Below the pieces are notes generated by a model. That model did no database searches. It saw only the letters and a list, made by a program, of their open reading frames with translations, and was not told the origin of the DNA. The position numbers and the translations under genes are program-made. A stretch of 63,907 bases of DNA, the filler included, from Rhabdomonas costata (lineage: Eukaryota): assembly GCA_019059605.1 (NCBI GenBank). It is 49 parts of 49 records of this genome, joined end to end, with 100 filler letters (N's around TTAATTAATTAA, not from the genome) between each part and the next. Parts side by side here need not be neighbours in the genome. Positions count along the whole stretch, not along the records: positions 49,635 to 50,841 come from JAHMHO010023647.1; positions 50,942 to 52,145 come from JAHMHO010023648.1; positions 52,246 to 53,461 come from JAHMHO010023649.1; positions 53,562 to 54,766 come from JAHMHO010023650.1; positions 54,867 to 56,072 come from JAHMHO010023651.1; positions 56,173 to 57,378 come from JAHMHO010023652.1; positions 57,479 to 58,684 come from JAHMHO010023653.1; positions 58,785 to 59,990 come from JAHMHO010023654.1; 41 more parts are not named here. One strand, given 5' to 3'. Positions 50,659 to 63,620 of the stretch are shown here, piece by piece. Numbering within the stretch: the stretch's first letter is position 1; the number at the start of each line of letters is the position of its first letter.

Positions 50659-52947
50659 CTGCGCGCGACGAGAGTGCAGTCTAGAACCTGTAATGAACGG
50701 AGGGGGGTGAATTCCGGCAAGAAAACAAGGTTGTGATGGACGTTGGGCGGGACCACACAAACGGGATATCAGCAGTACCAACCACCAACCAACGACAAAC
50801 ACACACACACACACACACATGGAGAAAGAAACGAAAAAGAANNNNNNNNNNNNNNNNNNNNNNNNNNNNNNNNNNNNNNNNNNNNTTAATTAATTAANNN
50901 NNNNNNNNNNNNNNNNNNNNNNNNNNNNNNNNNNNNNNNNNGGTGTTGGGGGAGATCGCTCCCTAGCCCTGAGCTGAGTGAGGGCAAGGGAGAAGGACAT
51001 CAAGCCCTCGTCCACGAAAAGTTTGCGGATACGGGGAAACGGGCTCACGCAGAGTTTGGGTGTTCGTGAATCTCAGGGTGCCAGGGAGGAGCTGCGGGTG
51101 CTGCCGCTGAAGAGGGGTTTGCGTCAGATATTTGAAGCGTTGCTGTTCGCATGACAGGCTTCCCCGTGTCTGTTCTTTTTCTTACTGGTCTTCTCCGGCA
51201 CCCGTGCACTGTGCTTTCTTTTTTATATCGCCGTGCACCGTGCACCCTTCTTTGGAGTGCGCGGGAGTGTTCTTTCCAACTCTTATTTGTCCTTTTCCCC
51301 CACTGCAATTTTCTTTTTCTTTCCTCTCGCTTTCCCTCCATGTGGTCGCATGTCAAAAGAACTGTTGCTGTTGGTGCCCGAAGTTTGCTCAGCCTCGCCC
51401 CCGTCGAGGGGGTGTGTGTGGGATTGAAAAGCTTCTCTACTTCGGAGTCTGTTTGGAAACCAGCCGAGTTTGCAATGCTCACCCTGGGGGCGAGGAATTG
51501 GGTTACGGTGTGCCCTGCCCTGCCTTTTTATTCTGTGGTGGTTGCTCTTCCCTCTCCTTCTAGCCCTGCTTGCTTGCCTTTCTTTCTTTGTTCTCCACTT
51601 TTTCACCAGCCGTTTCACCAAAAGGTAACATGATCGGATCTGGCATCTTTTCTTTGCGTGCACGTTTCATGAAACATCAAAAAGTGCCTCGCTCTTCCCC
51701 TTCTTATTTCCGCCTCTTCATTAGTTTTCCGGTTGATTCAGTTCAATCTTTTTTGACCCCCCCCCCTGCATACTTGCTCTGCTTTTCACGACGGTGTCAC
51801 TCTTGCTGTCTGTCTCTCTGTTATTAATTTTTCGGTTGCAGAGCAAATTGCCGACGCTCATCAATCCTGAAAAATCATCAGCGATGATGATCTTCGAAAG
51901 CTCCTCAGAACTACATCCCATCCATGATAATTAGCAATGCTTGCTCTTTCAATGAAAGGGTCTAAAATTCCCATGGTGTGTCCACCACAGTTACTAACAA
52001 CACTCATCTCATTCACCACTCACCCAAAAATTGTTACCTCTCTCTCTCTCTCTCTTTGGGTCCGCCTACACTCAACCTTCTTTAGGACACCTCGGCCGCG
52101 GCCGCAGTAGGGTGTCCCCCACACCACCCAAACACACGTAACACANNNNNNNNNNNNNNNNNNNNNNNNNNNNNNNNNNNNNNNNNNNNTTAATTAATTA
52201 ANNNNNNNNNNNNNNNNNNNNNNNNNNNNNNNNNNNNNNNNNNNNTGTTGTGGGGCTACTGGCCACCTTGTTTTAACCGAGTTGCATGATGCGCGCCCCT
52301 CTCATTTTTCAGAGGTTGGAATGGTGCTCTTCATGCTTCCAGTTGTGGCGCTGTTTAGCTGGTACGAGACTTGACTTCTTCTCCTTTCTTTGCACGATAG
52401 CGCTCGTTCTTGTCCCACTAAAAACTTCTCGAGAAATTTCAGTTTGTCGCTGGTCTGCGCTTTGCTGTGACTTTTCCGTTTGTTCTCGATACATTCCAGG
52501 TTTTTTCGGTTCAACACCCTAATCCCTCGCTCATTTTTTAACACAGACCCTGAAATACTTCATTTTCAAATTTTTTGGTTTTTCCACCAGCGGATCCTTC
52601 CCGGATGAGATCTTTGCCATTTTTGAGCGCTCACATTGGTTCAATGCCGCGTGGCTTTGTTGTACGTTCTGTTGTATGTCTGGAAGCTGATGGTTTGACA
52701 CATTTTTAAGAGATACCCCGGAACTGTGCCACAGCCCAGGGGTGTCCAACGATGCATCCAAACGACTTGGACCGTTTCGACGGCGACTGTTGTTAAAGAG
52801 TGGTGGGTGTGGACGTTCCAATTTTCTGATGATGGCTTGTGCGCTTTGTTTTCTACTATGCTGTTACGTCACATATTTATTTCTTTGTTTCAATCATTGT
52901 CTAGGTTGGCATTGTGGCAAGCCGACTCGCTGGGCCGTCTCGTTGCC

Positions 52948-52990
<43 letters not shown>

Positions 52991-53119
52991 CTGCCTTTCT
53001 TGCTTTTGTGTTTTGCTATGTTTCAAGTCTGGCAGGTGGAGTAGCGAAGGAAAACAACAGCGAATAGCTCACTGTGCGTTGCTGGGTTATATTCCCCTTC
53101 TTGGTTTTTTTTCAATTCT

Positions 53120-53340
53120 CACGAAAGGAGGAAGAGCAATCTTCTTCGGGTATTGGTACAACCAAAAGGCTTGGGGTCGCCGTTGTGGTTGGACTGCTCT
53201 CCGCGATGGTGGTGTATGTGCGGGCCTCGTTGCACGCCGAGACCCGCCAGTTGCAGCTGGCACACTCCAAGCAGCTCGCAGACAACATGTTGGCGTCGGA
53301 AATTGCAAAGCGGATCGCGGTATCTGTGCCTGTATGCTAC
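53120..53340 (+). CDS. Possible single-pass membrane protein fragment (…LGVAVVVGLLSAMVVYVRASLHAETRQLQL…)
   Basis: Hydrophobic segment followed by a coiled-coil-like stretch; boundaries uncertain. Confidence 0.35.
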
Positions 53341-54183
53341 TTGTGGTTGCTCGTCCAACTCATCATCATCACATTTCTGAAAAAACTTCCATTTGGACTT
53401 GCAGGGAGGGGGAAAGTTTTTTCAGAAATGTGATGATGATGAGTCGGACGAACAACCCCACNNNNNNNNNNNNNNNNNNNNNNNNNNNNNNNNNNNNNNN
53501 NNNNNTTAATTAATTAANNNNNNNNNNNNNNNNNNNNNNNNNNNNNNNNNNNNNNNNNNNNGTGTTGTTGGTCGTGCCGCGGAGTATGCCTGGGGTTAAG
53601 TTTTTTGGCTCGCTCATGCGCTGAAGTGTGTGTGTGGGGGGGGGGTGTTTTAAACGTTTTCTTCAATGCATGTTCCCAGGTAAGAGGATAGACCCCCACA
53701 ACCCCTGGGCCGGAAACCGTGGACACGTTTGCTTGATGGCTTGCCAGCTTGCTGGCTTGCTTGCTATACACGGGAATCCCAGCCTTCCCCTCTGAAGCTC
53801 GAAAACCTGTAGTTTAGTGTGATTGTTGGGGCTTGGCGGGGGGACTGGGGGAGATTTACTCAATTCCAAGCCGTCGGTGTAGAGGAGCGTATGTGCCTGT
53901 TTGTCCACACAGTCATGCCGTTCAGTTGTTTTGTTACTTTCTCCTGTCCTGACGTCAATCATCTTACACGATAAGATGACAGCCATTAAGGTTGTTGGGT
54001 GTTAACCGTATTAGCCTCTTTCCGCAACCCCCAAAACATAGTAGGCTGGCGGGTTTCTGCAGTGGGAAATCGCAGGTTCGATGTCCCCCGGGTTCCGAAT
54101 GGATGAATATGGAGTTCCATTTGGGGATGGGGTTGATCGTGTTTCGGTGACGGAGGGAAGGAGGGAGGGGGTGCTGTCCTCAG

Positions 54184-54439
54184 TCGAACCGTGCTGAACA
54201 TGCTGGAGCAGATGCCTCCATTCGTGGTGGGGCTGTGGGTCCACGCCGTCTTTGTGGACCCCAAGGTTGCAATGTGGCTGGGGGCGATCTACACGGCGAT
54301 CCGGATGATGTACCCGCTGCTTTTCCAGCCCACCAAGGAGGCCTTTCGGTACAACGTCTTGCTGGTCACGGTGCCTAACTACGCAATTATCACGTTCTTC
54401 TTCGGGGGCGCTGTTTGGGCTGCTCTGAAAGCCCACTGA
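54184..54439 (+). CDS. MAPEG-family membrane protein, terminal exon
   Basis: RTVLNMLEQMPPF...W....GAIY...RMMYP motif; CTCAG acceptor; TGA stop. Confidence 0.85.
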
Positions 54440-54708
54440 GTTGGGGCGGTGCCAAGGACTTGGGGGCCTTTGGTGGACTAATTGAAGTGGACCTCAATGA
54501 ACGCTTAGCTTGTTGCCTTGGCTGGCCGTTCCAGGCAGGGTGGTTATTGGTTCGAGTTGGCTGACTGTGACGCTGGGAAACTGGTTGGTACTTTGAAGCA
54601 TTTCTCTGCCGTGCGTGTGTTGCCGCTGACGCCTGAACACCAGAGCAACATCGAAACGTACAAACTTGTTCCATCAATTGCGAATATGGCAGGCTGTGTT
54701 CCACACAG

Positions 54709-54739
<31 letters not shown>

Positions 54740-54866
54740 CACACACCCCCCCAAACACACCAACACNNNNNNNNNNNNNNNNNNNNNNNNNNNNNNNNNN
54801 NNNNNNNNNNTTAATTAATTAANNNNNNNNNNNNNNNNNNNNNNNNNNNNNNNNNNNNNNNNNNNN

Positions 54867-55199
54867 GGGGGCCCAGCCTAGGGTGAACGACAAACTTCCC
54901 CCGCTCACGATGTAGGTTGGAGTGGCTGCTGTGGAGAGCAGGGGAGTGCCGAGGAAGGCGAAGGAGAAGGCGCTTTCTCCGACTCCAGAAAGTACGGACC
55001 CGATGCTCCCGCAACGGGGTTTCGACAACAGCAGCACAGCGGTCGGCACAACGATGATAATGATGATGGCGACGGCGGCGGTGGCGGCGAGAACAGTCAG
55101 GAGAAACTTTTTCCTCGAGTGGGATGAGGATACGGGGACCAAGACATGCGGTCCCCGCTCCACGCTGATGACATGGTCCGAGGATGCGGTAGCCTCCAT
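54867..55199 (-). CDS. Type II membrane protein N-terminus (MEATASS…KKFLLTVLAATAAVAIIIIIVVPTAVLL…), 3' partial
   Basis: ATG ~25 nt after a CCGCAG acceptor-like site; signal-anchor helix. Confidence 0.55.
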
Positions 55200-55729
55200 T
55201 GTAGAGAAAGCAAAGCTGAGCAACTGCGGAAAATATAACAGCAAACCTTTTGACTCTTTCGGCCCTTTTAAGAGCGAGTCGCATGATGACAGAAGCGATG
55301 CGCACAAAGAGAGAAGCAAACTTGCGGGTAACAATTGTTCGCATCTCCAATGCGTTTTCCAGGCAAATAATTCTGCACCTCGGTACCCTATTCCCCTCGT
55401 GGGTCAACCTTTACACAAAAACTGCTCACATAACATAGACCGATCTCGGGGGATAGGGGAACGAAATTGACGACATGCAGTTGTAAATGATCTTCTGCCC
55501 AAAGTGCAAAACGTGCCTTTTCTGTCTTTGTCGTTTGCCAGCTGTGTCGCTACGCTCCGTGCTAACCGCCAAAATTACTGCGAAATTACCGTCTTTCCTC
55601 CTTACCAGCTGTGGAAAGTCCGTGGAAAAGGCAAATCTATAAACACTTTGGCATAACACTGGAACCGCGGTTGCGACGGGCGAAAATTGTACCTGGGAAG
55701 TCATTTTAGCAAACCGGAAAATTTGTCCT

Positions 55730-55825
55730 GAAGCCCACTGAACCCCACTGAAGCCACGCATTTCATAAGAATAAGGGTAAAAACCCTTATAATAATGTGG
55801 TTTCAGTGGGCTTCAGTTGGGCTTC
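55730..55825. repeat. ~96-nt imperfect hairpin built from CCCACTGAA subrepeats (MITE-like)
   Basis: GAAGCCCACTGAACCCCACTGAAGCCAC ... GTGGTTTCAGTGGGCTTCAGTTGGGCTTC, with inner TAAGGGT-aaaa-ACCCTTA. Confidence 0.8.
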
Positions 55826-56264
55826 CGTGGGCGATGGGAGAAAATTTTCGATCCCAGCCTCGGTGTCCCCTGGGATGGGCATATTTGACATTTGGGACAT
55901 TTCCGGGACTCCATGGTTCACGATGGTTGATTCCTGTCACCTTTTCCTCACTTCTGAAACACAATGCGTCTTCCAAAGTAGTTGATCTCGAAGTCCTTCC
56001 AGCCCTCATCTGCCCTCGTCGGGAACGGGAAGTCGGAGATCCTACCGCTGTATTGCCACACAGGATCACTGCNNNNNNNNNNNNNNNNNNNNNNNNNNNN
56101 NNNNNNNNNNNNNNNNTTAATTAATTAANNNNNNNNNNNNNNNNNNNNNNNNNNNNNNNNNNNNNNNNNNNNGTGGTGGGTGTGTTTGGTTGTGTTTTGG
56201 GCAACTTTTTTTAAGTGATGTCGATCGCTTCCTTTTGTGGTCCTTTCGTTTTGGGTGTAATCAG

Positions 56265-56564
56265 GTGCTCTCGGGTTCTGCCGATGCTACAGCGAAATTG
56301 TGGGACATCAACAACGGGCAGTGCGAGCGAACCTTTGCCGGTCACACTCGTCCTGTCAGCCACGCCGTGTTTTCAACCAACGGCCGCGTCATGGTCACCG
56401 CAAGCCACGACAGGACTCTGAAGCTATGGGACTACCAGAGCGGGGTGGAGATCACCACACTTCGCGGGCACACCGCTCCCGTGACGTGCTGCTCTGCTCT
56501 CGGGACACTTCTGGTGAGTAGCAGCTACGACAGCACTCTCCGCACTTGGCTCATGCCCCCGTGA
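56265..56564 (+). CDS. WD40-repeat protein, terminal exon
   Basis: SGSADATAKLWD, GHT...TASHDRTLKLWD, GHT...SSSYDSTLRTW; TGA stop. Confidence 0.95.
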   Translation: MLSGSADATAKLWDINNGQCERTFAGHTRPVSHAVFSTNGRVMVTASHDRTLKLWDYQSGVEITTLRGHTAPVTCCSALGTLLVSSSYDSTLRTWLMPP

Positions 56565-59500
56565 GCAAGGGCTTCTTCGAACGCCGTGTCCGCGTTTTCG
56601 CCACTTCATGGATGTCAGAAATCATATCGTCGTTCAAGAACAACATTTTAGGCAAGTTTTTGCATCTGTGACCAAGGTGGGTTAGGTTGTTATTGTCGGT
56701 TCTGGGCTCAGTTGGACAGGGGGAAAACAGCACAAACATCCTGTTGACTGGAGAAGGCAGCGCAACGCGACTCCGCTGAGAGATGCCCAGATGTCACTTC
56801 GATTGCCCTTTTGTATTGCAGTAGGGGTGCAAAACAATCGGCTCGGAAGCACATACATGAACTGAAAACTGTCTGAAAAACGCCTGTCCTCAGCAACACG
56901 TCCTGTGTCAGTCAATGCCGCTTTCCTCTTGCACCCACTGGAAATTGCTTCTTGAAGTTTTAACTGTTGCATTTAGTCATACTGCAGTTGTAAAACGGTG
57001 AGACGGGGGGGGGGAGGGGGCTCCTGATTCTGAAAATGAAATTTTGTTTACTCTTGCTCAGCTTCTCTTTTGCACCTGTGCGCGGAAACTTTGATATGTT
57101 GGCTGCGATTGGCTGATGGCAGCGGTTGTTTGAGAAGGATTGAGTGTCTGTGAGTTTATTTTGCAATGACTGACGCAGAGGATTGGCTGCGAACCTCCGA
57201 AGGGCTCTACCGTGGCTGATGGCAAGACAGTTGTTCCCTTGCTCCAAGTCGAGCGGGAAATTCACCGCGTTGAAGCCGTTGCCCGGGAGCGCCACAAGGC
57301 CAGTGACTCTGCTGGGGAGTCCCGCGTGCTGTGTAGTCTGGCCGCGGCATGTCACCGAAAAGGGGCGAGGTTCCAAACNNNNNNNNNNNNNNNNNNNNNN
57401 NNNNNNNNNNNNNNNNNNNNNNTTAATTAATTAANNNNNNNNNNNNNNNNNNNNNNNNNNNNNNNNNNNNNNNNNNNNTGTGTGGGTGAGTTGAAAACTC
57501 AGACGTTTTAAACTCATACATCACCACCATTCCACGTATCTGCGTTTTTGAAAAGCTACGTTGGTACCGTAATCAGACCCCCGACTAAATTGCGTTGGGA
57601 CCACCTTGGGACCACCTTCGGAATGCCTTCCGGAGTCTCTTCCGTATTTCGTGGTTTGCAAAAAGTGGATGTCTCTAGAGTCATAGTACGACTTTAAAAG
57701 CGGAACTAGCGGCCAACTGACTTGTAGTCTCAAGAAGAAACCGAGTTGCGAGATGTAGTCGGTCACTCCGATGAGCTTCTTGATTTCGTTATCTGTACCC
57801 ACATGTGAGAATGTGGAAGGAAACACTGCGAGTAGGAATTTGGAAAAATGGCACTTTGACAGGAGACATGAAAAATGGTATCTAAATGTTCTAGAATTGT
57901 TCTCCAAACAAATGAATTTGCATCAAAACCAATCTTTTGTAACATTTTTTTCCTGTGCTTTCAGCACGAGTAGGTCTAGACTATTTTGGAAGTGAAACAA
58001 ACGATCCGCCAACACCAAACCCGTTGTTTTTTCTACCTCTTACCTTTGAAACGACGATATGTATTTGGTTGACCTAGACTGTTTCATCGGTGACAACCTA
58101 GTTAAGGAAAACGAGCTACCGCTGAAAAGATTGGCAGTGCGGAGGCCACTTGGGCGACTATCAAAGGCTATTGTCGTAACTTGCAAAACGCGTTCATCTG
58201 CGGCACGGTAGAACCGCTGCATCACTCAACCTTTTTATCCTGATTGTCACTGGCGGAACCACTGCTTAATGTGTTGGCTTCTGATGTGGTGTGACGTTTT
58301 CGGTAGGCGGTAATTCGAAACAGTTTGCGCCGGATTGTTTTCACTTGATGGGCGATATGCTGCGGTTGCAGGAACCTGGCCGTAGGCACGTATCCTTGAA
58401 AGTTGGTCAGGGTTTGGGTGGAACATGGGTCAGGAATTTTACTGGGTGATTTGAGTCTGGTGTACCCGGCATCCGATGCAAGAACTAGTGCGTCTTCTTC
58501 AGAAGGATGAATGGAGGAAGGGAAAGGGTACTGAACTCCAGATTGCTTTTTGGCAACAGGAAGACGAGTAAGCTTCTTTACCGTCCTAATTGGCACTGTC
58601 CTATCCAAACAGGAGATCAAATGGTTGAATTGATGAAGGAAAGATTAGCCCATTGCAATGGTAAGAGGAATTTTACCCACAAACNNNNNNNNNNNNNNNN
58701 NNNNNNNNNNNNNNNNNNNNNNNNNNNNTTAATTAATTAANNNNNNNNNNNNNNNNNNNNNNNNNNNNNNNNNNNNNNNNNNNNTGTGTGGGGTGTGATG
58801 TGAGGCGAGGTAAAACTTTCTGCCCTCTCGTTTCCGTCGTTTCTGTCGTTTCCGCCAAAAGGGTGGACGAAAGTCTCAACCGCGAGTTCAGGACTTTCCG
58901 CCAGGTTCCCGTGCAGATGACACAGGTGAGCGGAACTCAGGGATACGGCTGCAAGACTGGCTATTTCCTTTGACCTCGGTTCGGACGACGAAACACTTGT
59001 CCAATGTTTTCCTGTTCGACTTCTGCTGTAAATCTGACGTTTCTTTTTGTCATGTCTGCTGCTCCTCTCTGTGATGGGCACTGCATTGAGGAGTTCTACA
59101 GTTCGGCTGGGGAGTTTTTTTTTTGCAAAGGTTACGTTGTTTTAATAGTCAGATCTTCCCGCGCCACCAATTCGCTCCACGAGCCGCGGGGCCTTTGCGG
59201 TGTTAGTGCTGACCTTAAGTTATTGTTGCCTCTAAATATTACTGTTCCGCCGTCCGCCCAAATCCCAACCATTGTGCGATTCGGAATATTCGTTTCGAGA
59301 ATAAGTTGGCTGCGAATTGAGGTGCGAATTGTGCTTTTCTGGACGTTTTCTTGTAACAGTTGGTGAGCACAACACGGTACAACAAAGAGTGTTCTTACCC
59401 ACCGTTTTGCCTAAAAAAAAAGGGATAAAAATGTGAAGCTCGGAACTGGGGTTCGTGCTGTCTTTCCCACAGGCTTTCTTTGTTGTGAGGTGCAGACATT

Positions 59501-60189
59501 ACTGGGAACACAGTCGGCCCTCTATTTTTGCAGCATAGACGTGCAAAAAATGACAAGTTTGCGCCCAACGAGTTCACATCCTGAGGACTCTTCTCCCGTT
59601 TCGGACGATGGTTTTGTTGCGCCTGCGCTTTTGTGCTGGTCCAGAGTGCTGCTTGTCCCTAAGTCAAAGAATAAAAGCTTGCCGCACTCGCCTTTTGTCA
59701 TTGGAACCCCAAACCCTCTCAGTTCACTTGTTCCCGTGTGTGCAGTGACCTGTTAAAGTCCAACAACCAATGGATCAATGGATTGGTGTCGAATGGACCC
59801 ATTGTTGCAGAGCCCTCCCAGCGCATTAACATCGGGTTAGGCGAAGTGGGAGTCAATTGCCCCTGTTCAATGCGAAGGAAAATTTGTTGGTCAGGCTCCT
59901 TGTACAATTTTTCATGACCCATTAGTTTTCTTCACGATAATCTGGAGCTATCATTATTAATCCGTTCCAATTTTAAATCTTTTGCAGTAGNNNNNNNNNN
60001 NNNNNNNNNNNNNNNNNNNNNNNNNNNNNNNNNNTTAATTAATTAANNNNNNNNNNNNNNNNNNNNNNNNNNNNNNNNNNNNNNNNNNNNTGTTTGTGTG
60101 GAATACTTACTGGTTTGTGGAAAGTCTGCGAGAGGAGCTTCCTTACAAAAGAATTGGGTTGCTCTGAGAGAAGACAATGGCAGAAAAAC

Positions 60190-61164
60190 CTGCGAACATC
60201 ACCGCGGGGACTGCGGAGAGGGTGACCAGAGCCAGCTTCCACTGAGTGACGAACGCAATAATCAGCCCCGCGAAGAGGCACACTGCAGCCTGGAACAGCG
60301 TCGCCAGCTGGGGGCCTGTGGACACGGCACCACCAAATGGCCGCCCTGGCACCAAAAGCAAATATACCGTTCGTTCGTGTATAAGAGCCATTTCACAAAA
60401 ACAGAATAGGACGTCTAGAGGCTTTCAAACTCAGGAACTTTTTGGATATGCCTTTTCTGATTTTCTGCAGTTACGTTGAAAGCAACTTTAATTGAGACTA
60501 TGGCGGTGAAGGCGCAAAAGCTCTACGTAAGTCCATACTCCGTAAGGGCAACGGCAGAGCGCATCTTCCACTTCAACAAGTATGCAAGGGCTCTTCCGAT
60601 ACAAACGGCAGATCAATTTGGGTTCTCCCAACAACCAATGCACTGTCAAGAAGGGCAGTCATGCGGATACCGAACACGCTATGGACTTTCTGCGCGTCCC
60701 CAGACAGCCGAGCGCAAAGGTTGCCCGACTCGTTTCCGGGAAGGTCGTAGAACCCAATGTCCTGGTGCATCAGTGCACGGAACAGCTGCTGCCGCAGGGT
60801 CGTGGTGAGCTTCTCTCCGGCGTATGCGAAGCAGGCAACCTTCATGGTGTTGCAGATCAAGTTCATCAGAGCCAGGCTGAAGTGAAGAAATCAGGAAGTA
60901 ACAAAAACAATGCTATGCAAAGCGGAATGGAAGGGTGAGAAGGAAGGACAAGTTATGCAGCAAGACGCACCACAGGAAGCCCAGGCACCACCACGGCGCT
61001 TTGGCTCGGAGCTCGTCGGGCGGGTAGTAGAAGATCTGCATCACTTGCGCGAAGATCACGGCGTAGGCGGGGTGGCTAGTGCCCGCAATGGCGGCGCCAA
61101 TGCACCCGAACAGGATGGCGACCCAGTGCCCACGGCACATCCGACCCACCCGGGTGAACGCCGC
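60190..61164 (-). CDS. ABCB/MDR-type ABC transporter TMD; exons 61164-60971, 60876-60671, 60315-60190
   Basis: FAYAGEKLTTTLRQQLFRALMHQDIGFYDLPGNESGNLCARLSGDA; IIAFVTQWKLALVTL; in-phase GT-AG introns. Confidence 0.95.
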
Positions 61165-61424
61165 CTATGTGCGTTTAAGGGGCGAAGTGCGAAGCAAAAG
61201 GAACGGCGCTGGTGGCGTTCGCCGAAGAGACAACTGCAAACACCACTCATGCAAATTATTGCGTGTTGTGATGTTACCCACCACCACCACCACCACNNNN
61301 NNNNNNNNNNNNNNNNNNNNNNNNNNNNNNNNNNNNNNNNTTAATTAATTAANNNNNNNNNNNNNNNNNNNNNNNNNNNNNNNNNNNNNNNNNNNNGGTG
61401 TTTGTTTTGTCTCTGTTTTTTCAG

Positions 61425-62344
61425 CCGGAAACTCCGCTCCTGCTGCGCAAACACATCGAGCTGCACGGGACGATCACCGACCTGGCCGCAGTACGCTTTC
61501 CTCGCTACTCCACGGACTGCCTACTGATTGCCTTTGCGGAAGCAAAGGTCTGCATGTCACACCGATATCCTTGATTCCTTCTGGATCTGGGGGCATACGT
61601 CTTTTAGCAGCGCTTGCGTTGCACCGAGCCCACTCCGAAATGGTGCGAAACGAAGCGATGGTACACGAGGTAAAGTGAATAGCTCTAGCTCGTCGTAACT
61701 GGTCAATCCATTACGTCGTTTTTCGGGTTCTCCAGAAAGACTGGTTCTTCACAGCGCGTCAGTCGAGGAAATCGATTGGAGTAGGACGTGGTCACTTTAG
61801 GAACAACGGTTCACTGGTTTTACGTTCTTTGTCGCAGGTGAGCGGATGGATGCGTTTCACTGTGCCGTGTTGACCTCTGCATAGGTTGTCGTGGCCTGCT
61901 TCGACGCCGCCTCGGATGATCTTCATACAATCTCTTTGCATTATTTCGAAGAAGACTTTATCCAGGCGCGTTGCCCCCCCCCTCCATACGTTCAGTGGGA
62001 CCGTCCCATAGCAAGCCCTTGGCGGTGTATTTCACTTCGCTTCTTTGTTCACGTTTGGGCATCTGGCTTTTCTACCCTGTTCATCGCACCCGCAGTGCCC
62101 AGTGCCCCTCCATTCGAATTAACCTTGGCCAGATGATCAGAATAGTAATACCTTTGATGGTACGTGAGCGAATGGGACTAATCCTTCTTCTTCTTGTTCT
62201 GTAGAGTTTTTGGCACACTTCACACGTGAAGCTCATTTCAGCTTGTTTTGCTTTTCAGGAGGGAAAAGCCCGCTGTGCAAGCCCTTGTTCTCAACTGATC
62301 GTTGAGCCGAGCCTTCGCTGTGCCCTCCTGGTTGTGTACCGCAG
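61425..62344 (+). CDS. CPSF1: Cleavage and polyadenylation specificity factor 160 kDa subunit; exons 61425-61547, 61885-61965, 62259-62344
   Basis: LHGTITDLAAVR...DCLLIAFAEAK/VVV..FD....DLHTISLHYFEE/...VEP..RCALLVVY; second intron is GC-AG. Confidence 0.9.
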
Positions 62345-62701
62345 GTATCCCTTTCTCGGTGCACTTCCTGTCTGTTTTTCACTGGACGAGAAACCCTGCA
62401 AGAGCCTTGCATGTCTTTAATGCACTGAATCCCAGAATCTTTGGGCGATGCTTCTTCCTCGAACAGAGGGCTGCTTTCACACTAAACTTATGCTCAGGCC
62501 AAGTTCTGGACAACAACGCTGGTCATCTTGGAATCTGCATGATAATCTTATTGTGCGCCTCCCTTCGGGGGGGGGGGGGGAATGGTCTATGCCGTGTTGT
62601 TNNNNNNNNNNNNNNNNNNNNNNNNNNNNNNNNNNNNNNNNNNNNTTAATTAATTAANNNNNNNNNNNNNNNNNNNNNNNNNNNNNNNNNNNNNNNNNNN
62701 N

Positions 62702-63620
62702 ACCAAATGGTGGGGACAATCTTTGGGTCAGAATTATTACTAACCGGGGCCATTTTTGCGTTGGTGTTTGTATGTTGGGTTTCTGGTTTTTGGGTTAATA
62801 ATCGGCATTATGTGTCGTATTAGTGTATTCTAGTGTATGGGTGGAGTGGTTACCCCAGGCGGGTATTTGTGGTGTTTGTAAGCTGGCATTTACGGCGTGG
62901 GTCTTTGCATTTTGTGTTTCGCGTTCCGGGTTCATGTCATGGGATGTATTAGGTGGTTTGCTGTATAGCGTAGTGGTTCCGGTGTTCTGTGGTAACGTCA
63001 TTCACGTCGATGTTTGGATGGGTCTTCAATGTGGCAGTTTACGTTGTTTAGATATCCAGTGGCTGGGGTTCGATCTGGGACAGGTAACATGCGGTGGTTT
63101 GTAGTGGGTTCATGATGTGTGGGTTTGTAAGGGTCAGGAATCGAAGTTTGGGTCAAGGGTCGGGGTTCATGCATTCATGTGGTCAGAGTTCGTAGTAGGG
63201 TGTTAATTATTAGATCAGTAAGTTGGCTGTGTGGGTGTGCCTTCTGGGTTTCGCTTCTAGTGGTATGGTTTTGAGGTTAGGTCCTTACGCTTAGTTGTAG
63301 TCGTTGGATCTGGAGGCGCGCAAGCGTTGGTGGGTGGATTGTGGTTTCGGAGTTGCTGGCTTCGGGTTTGGGGTCGTGCGTTCCTGTGTAGTGGTTGCGT
63401 TGGGTGCTAAAGTGGGTCGGTGTGGGCGCTTTTTGGTGCTTCTGTGTCGTGTTCGCGTCGTTGGTTAGGTTCCCCGGTTTGCGGTGCGGATTCGCCTTCC
63501 TGTCTTCGGCCTTCGTCTTCGCTTTCTGGTTTAGATTTCTACCTCCGTTGTGCTACGGTTTCCTTCGCTACCACTTGTTGGTTCTGTTCGGCTATGACAA
63601 CCACCCCAGCAGTTCGGCTG
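62702..63620 (-). mobile_element. Degenerate C/A-rich (minus strand) element, possibly a non-LTR retrotransposon 5' region
   Basis: Strong strand asymmetry, stop-riddled frames, KLRFLTLT weakly resembles an APE endonuclease start. Confidence 0.3.

Noticed and set aside
52950-52989. (GT)n/(CA)n tracts and the CVCVCV/THTHTH ORFs they generate
   Set aside because: Ordinary intronic microsatellites
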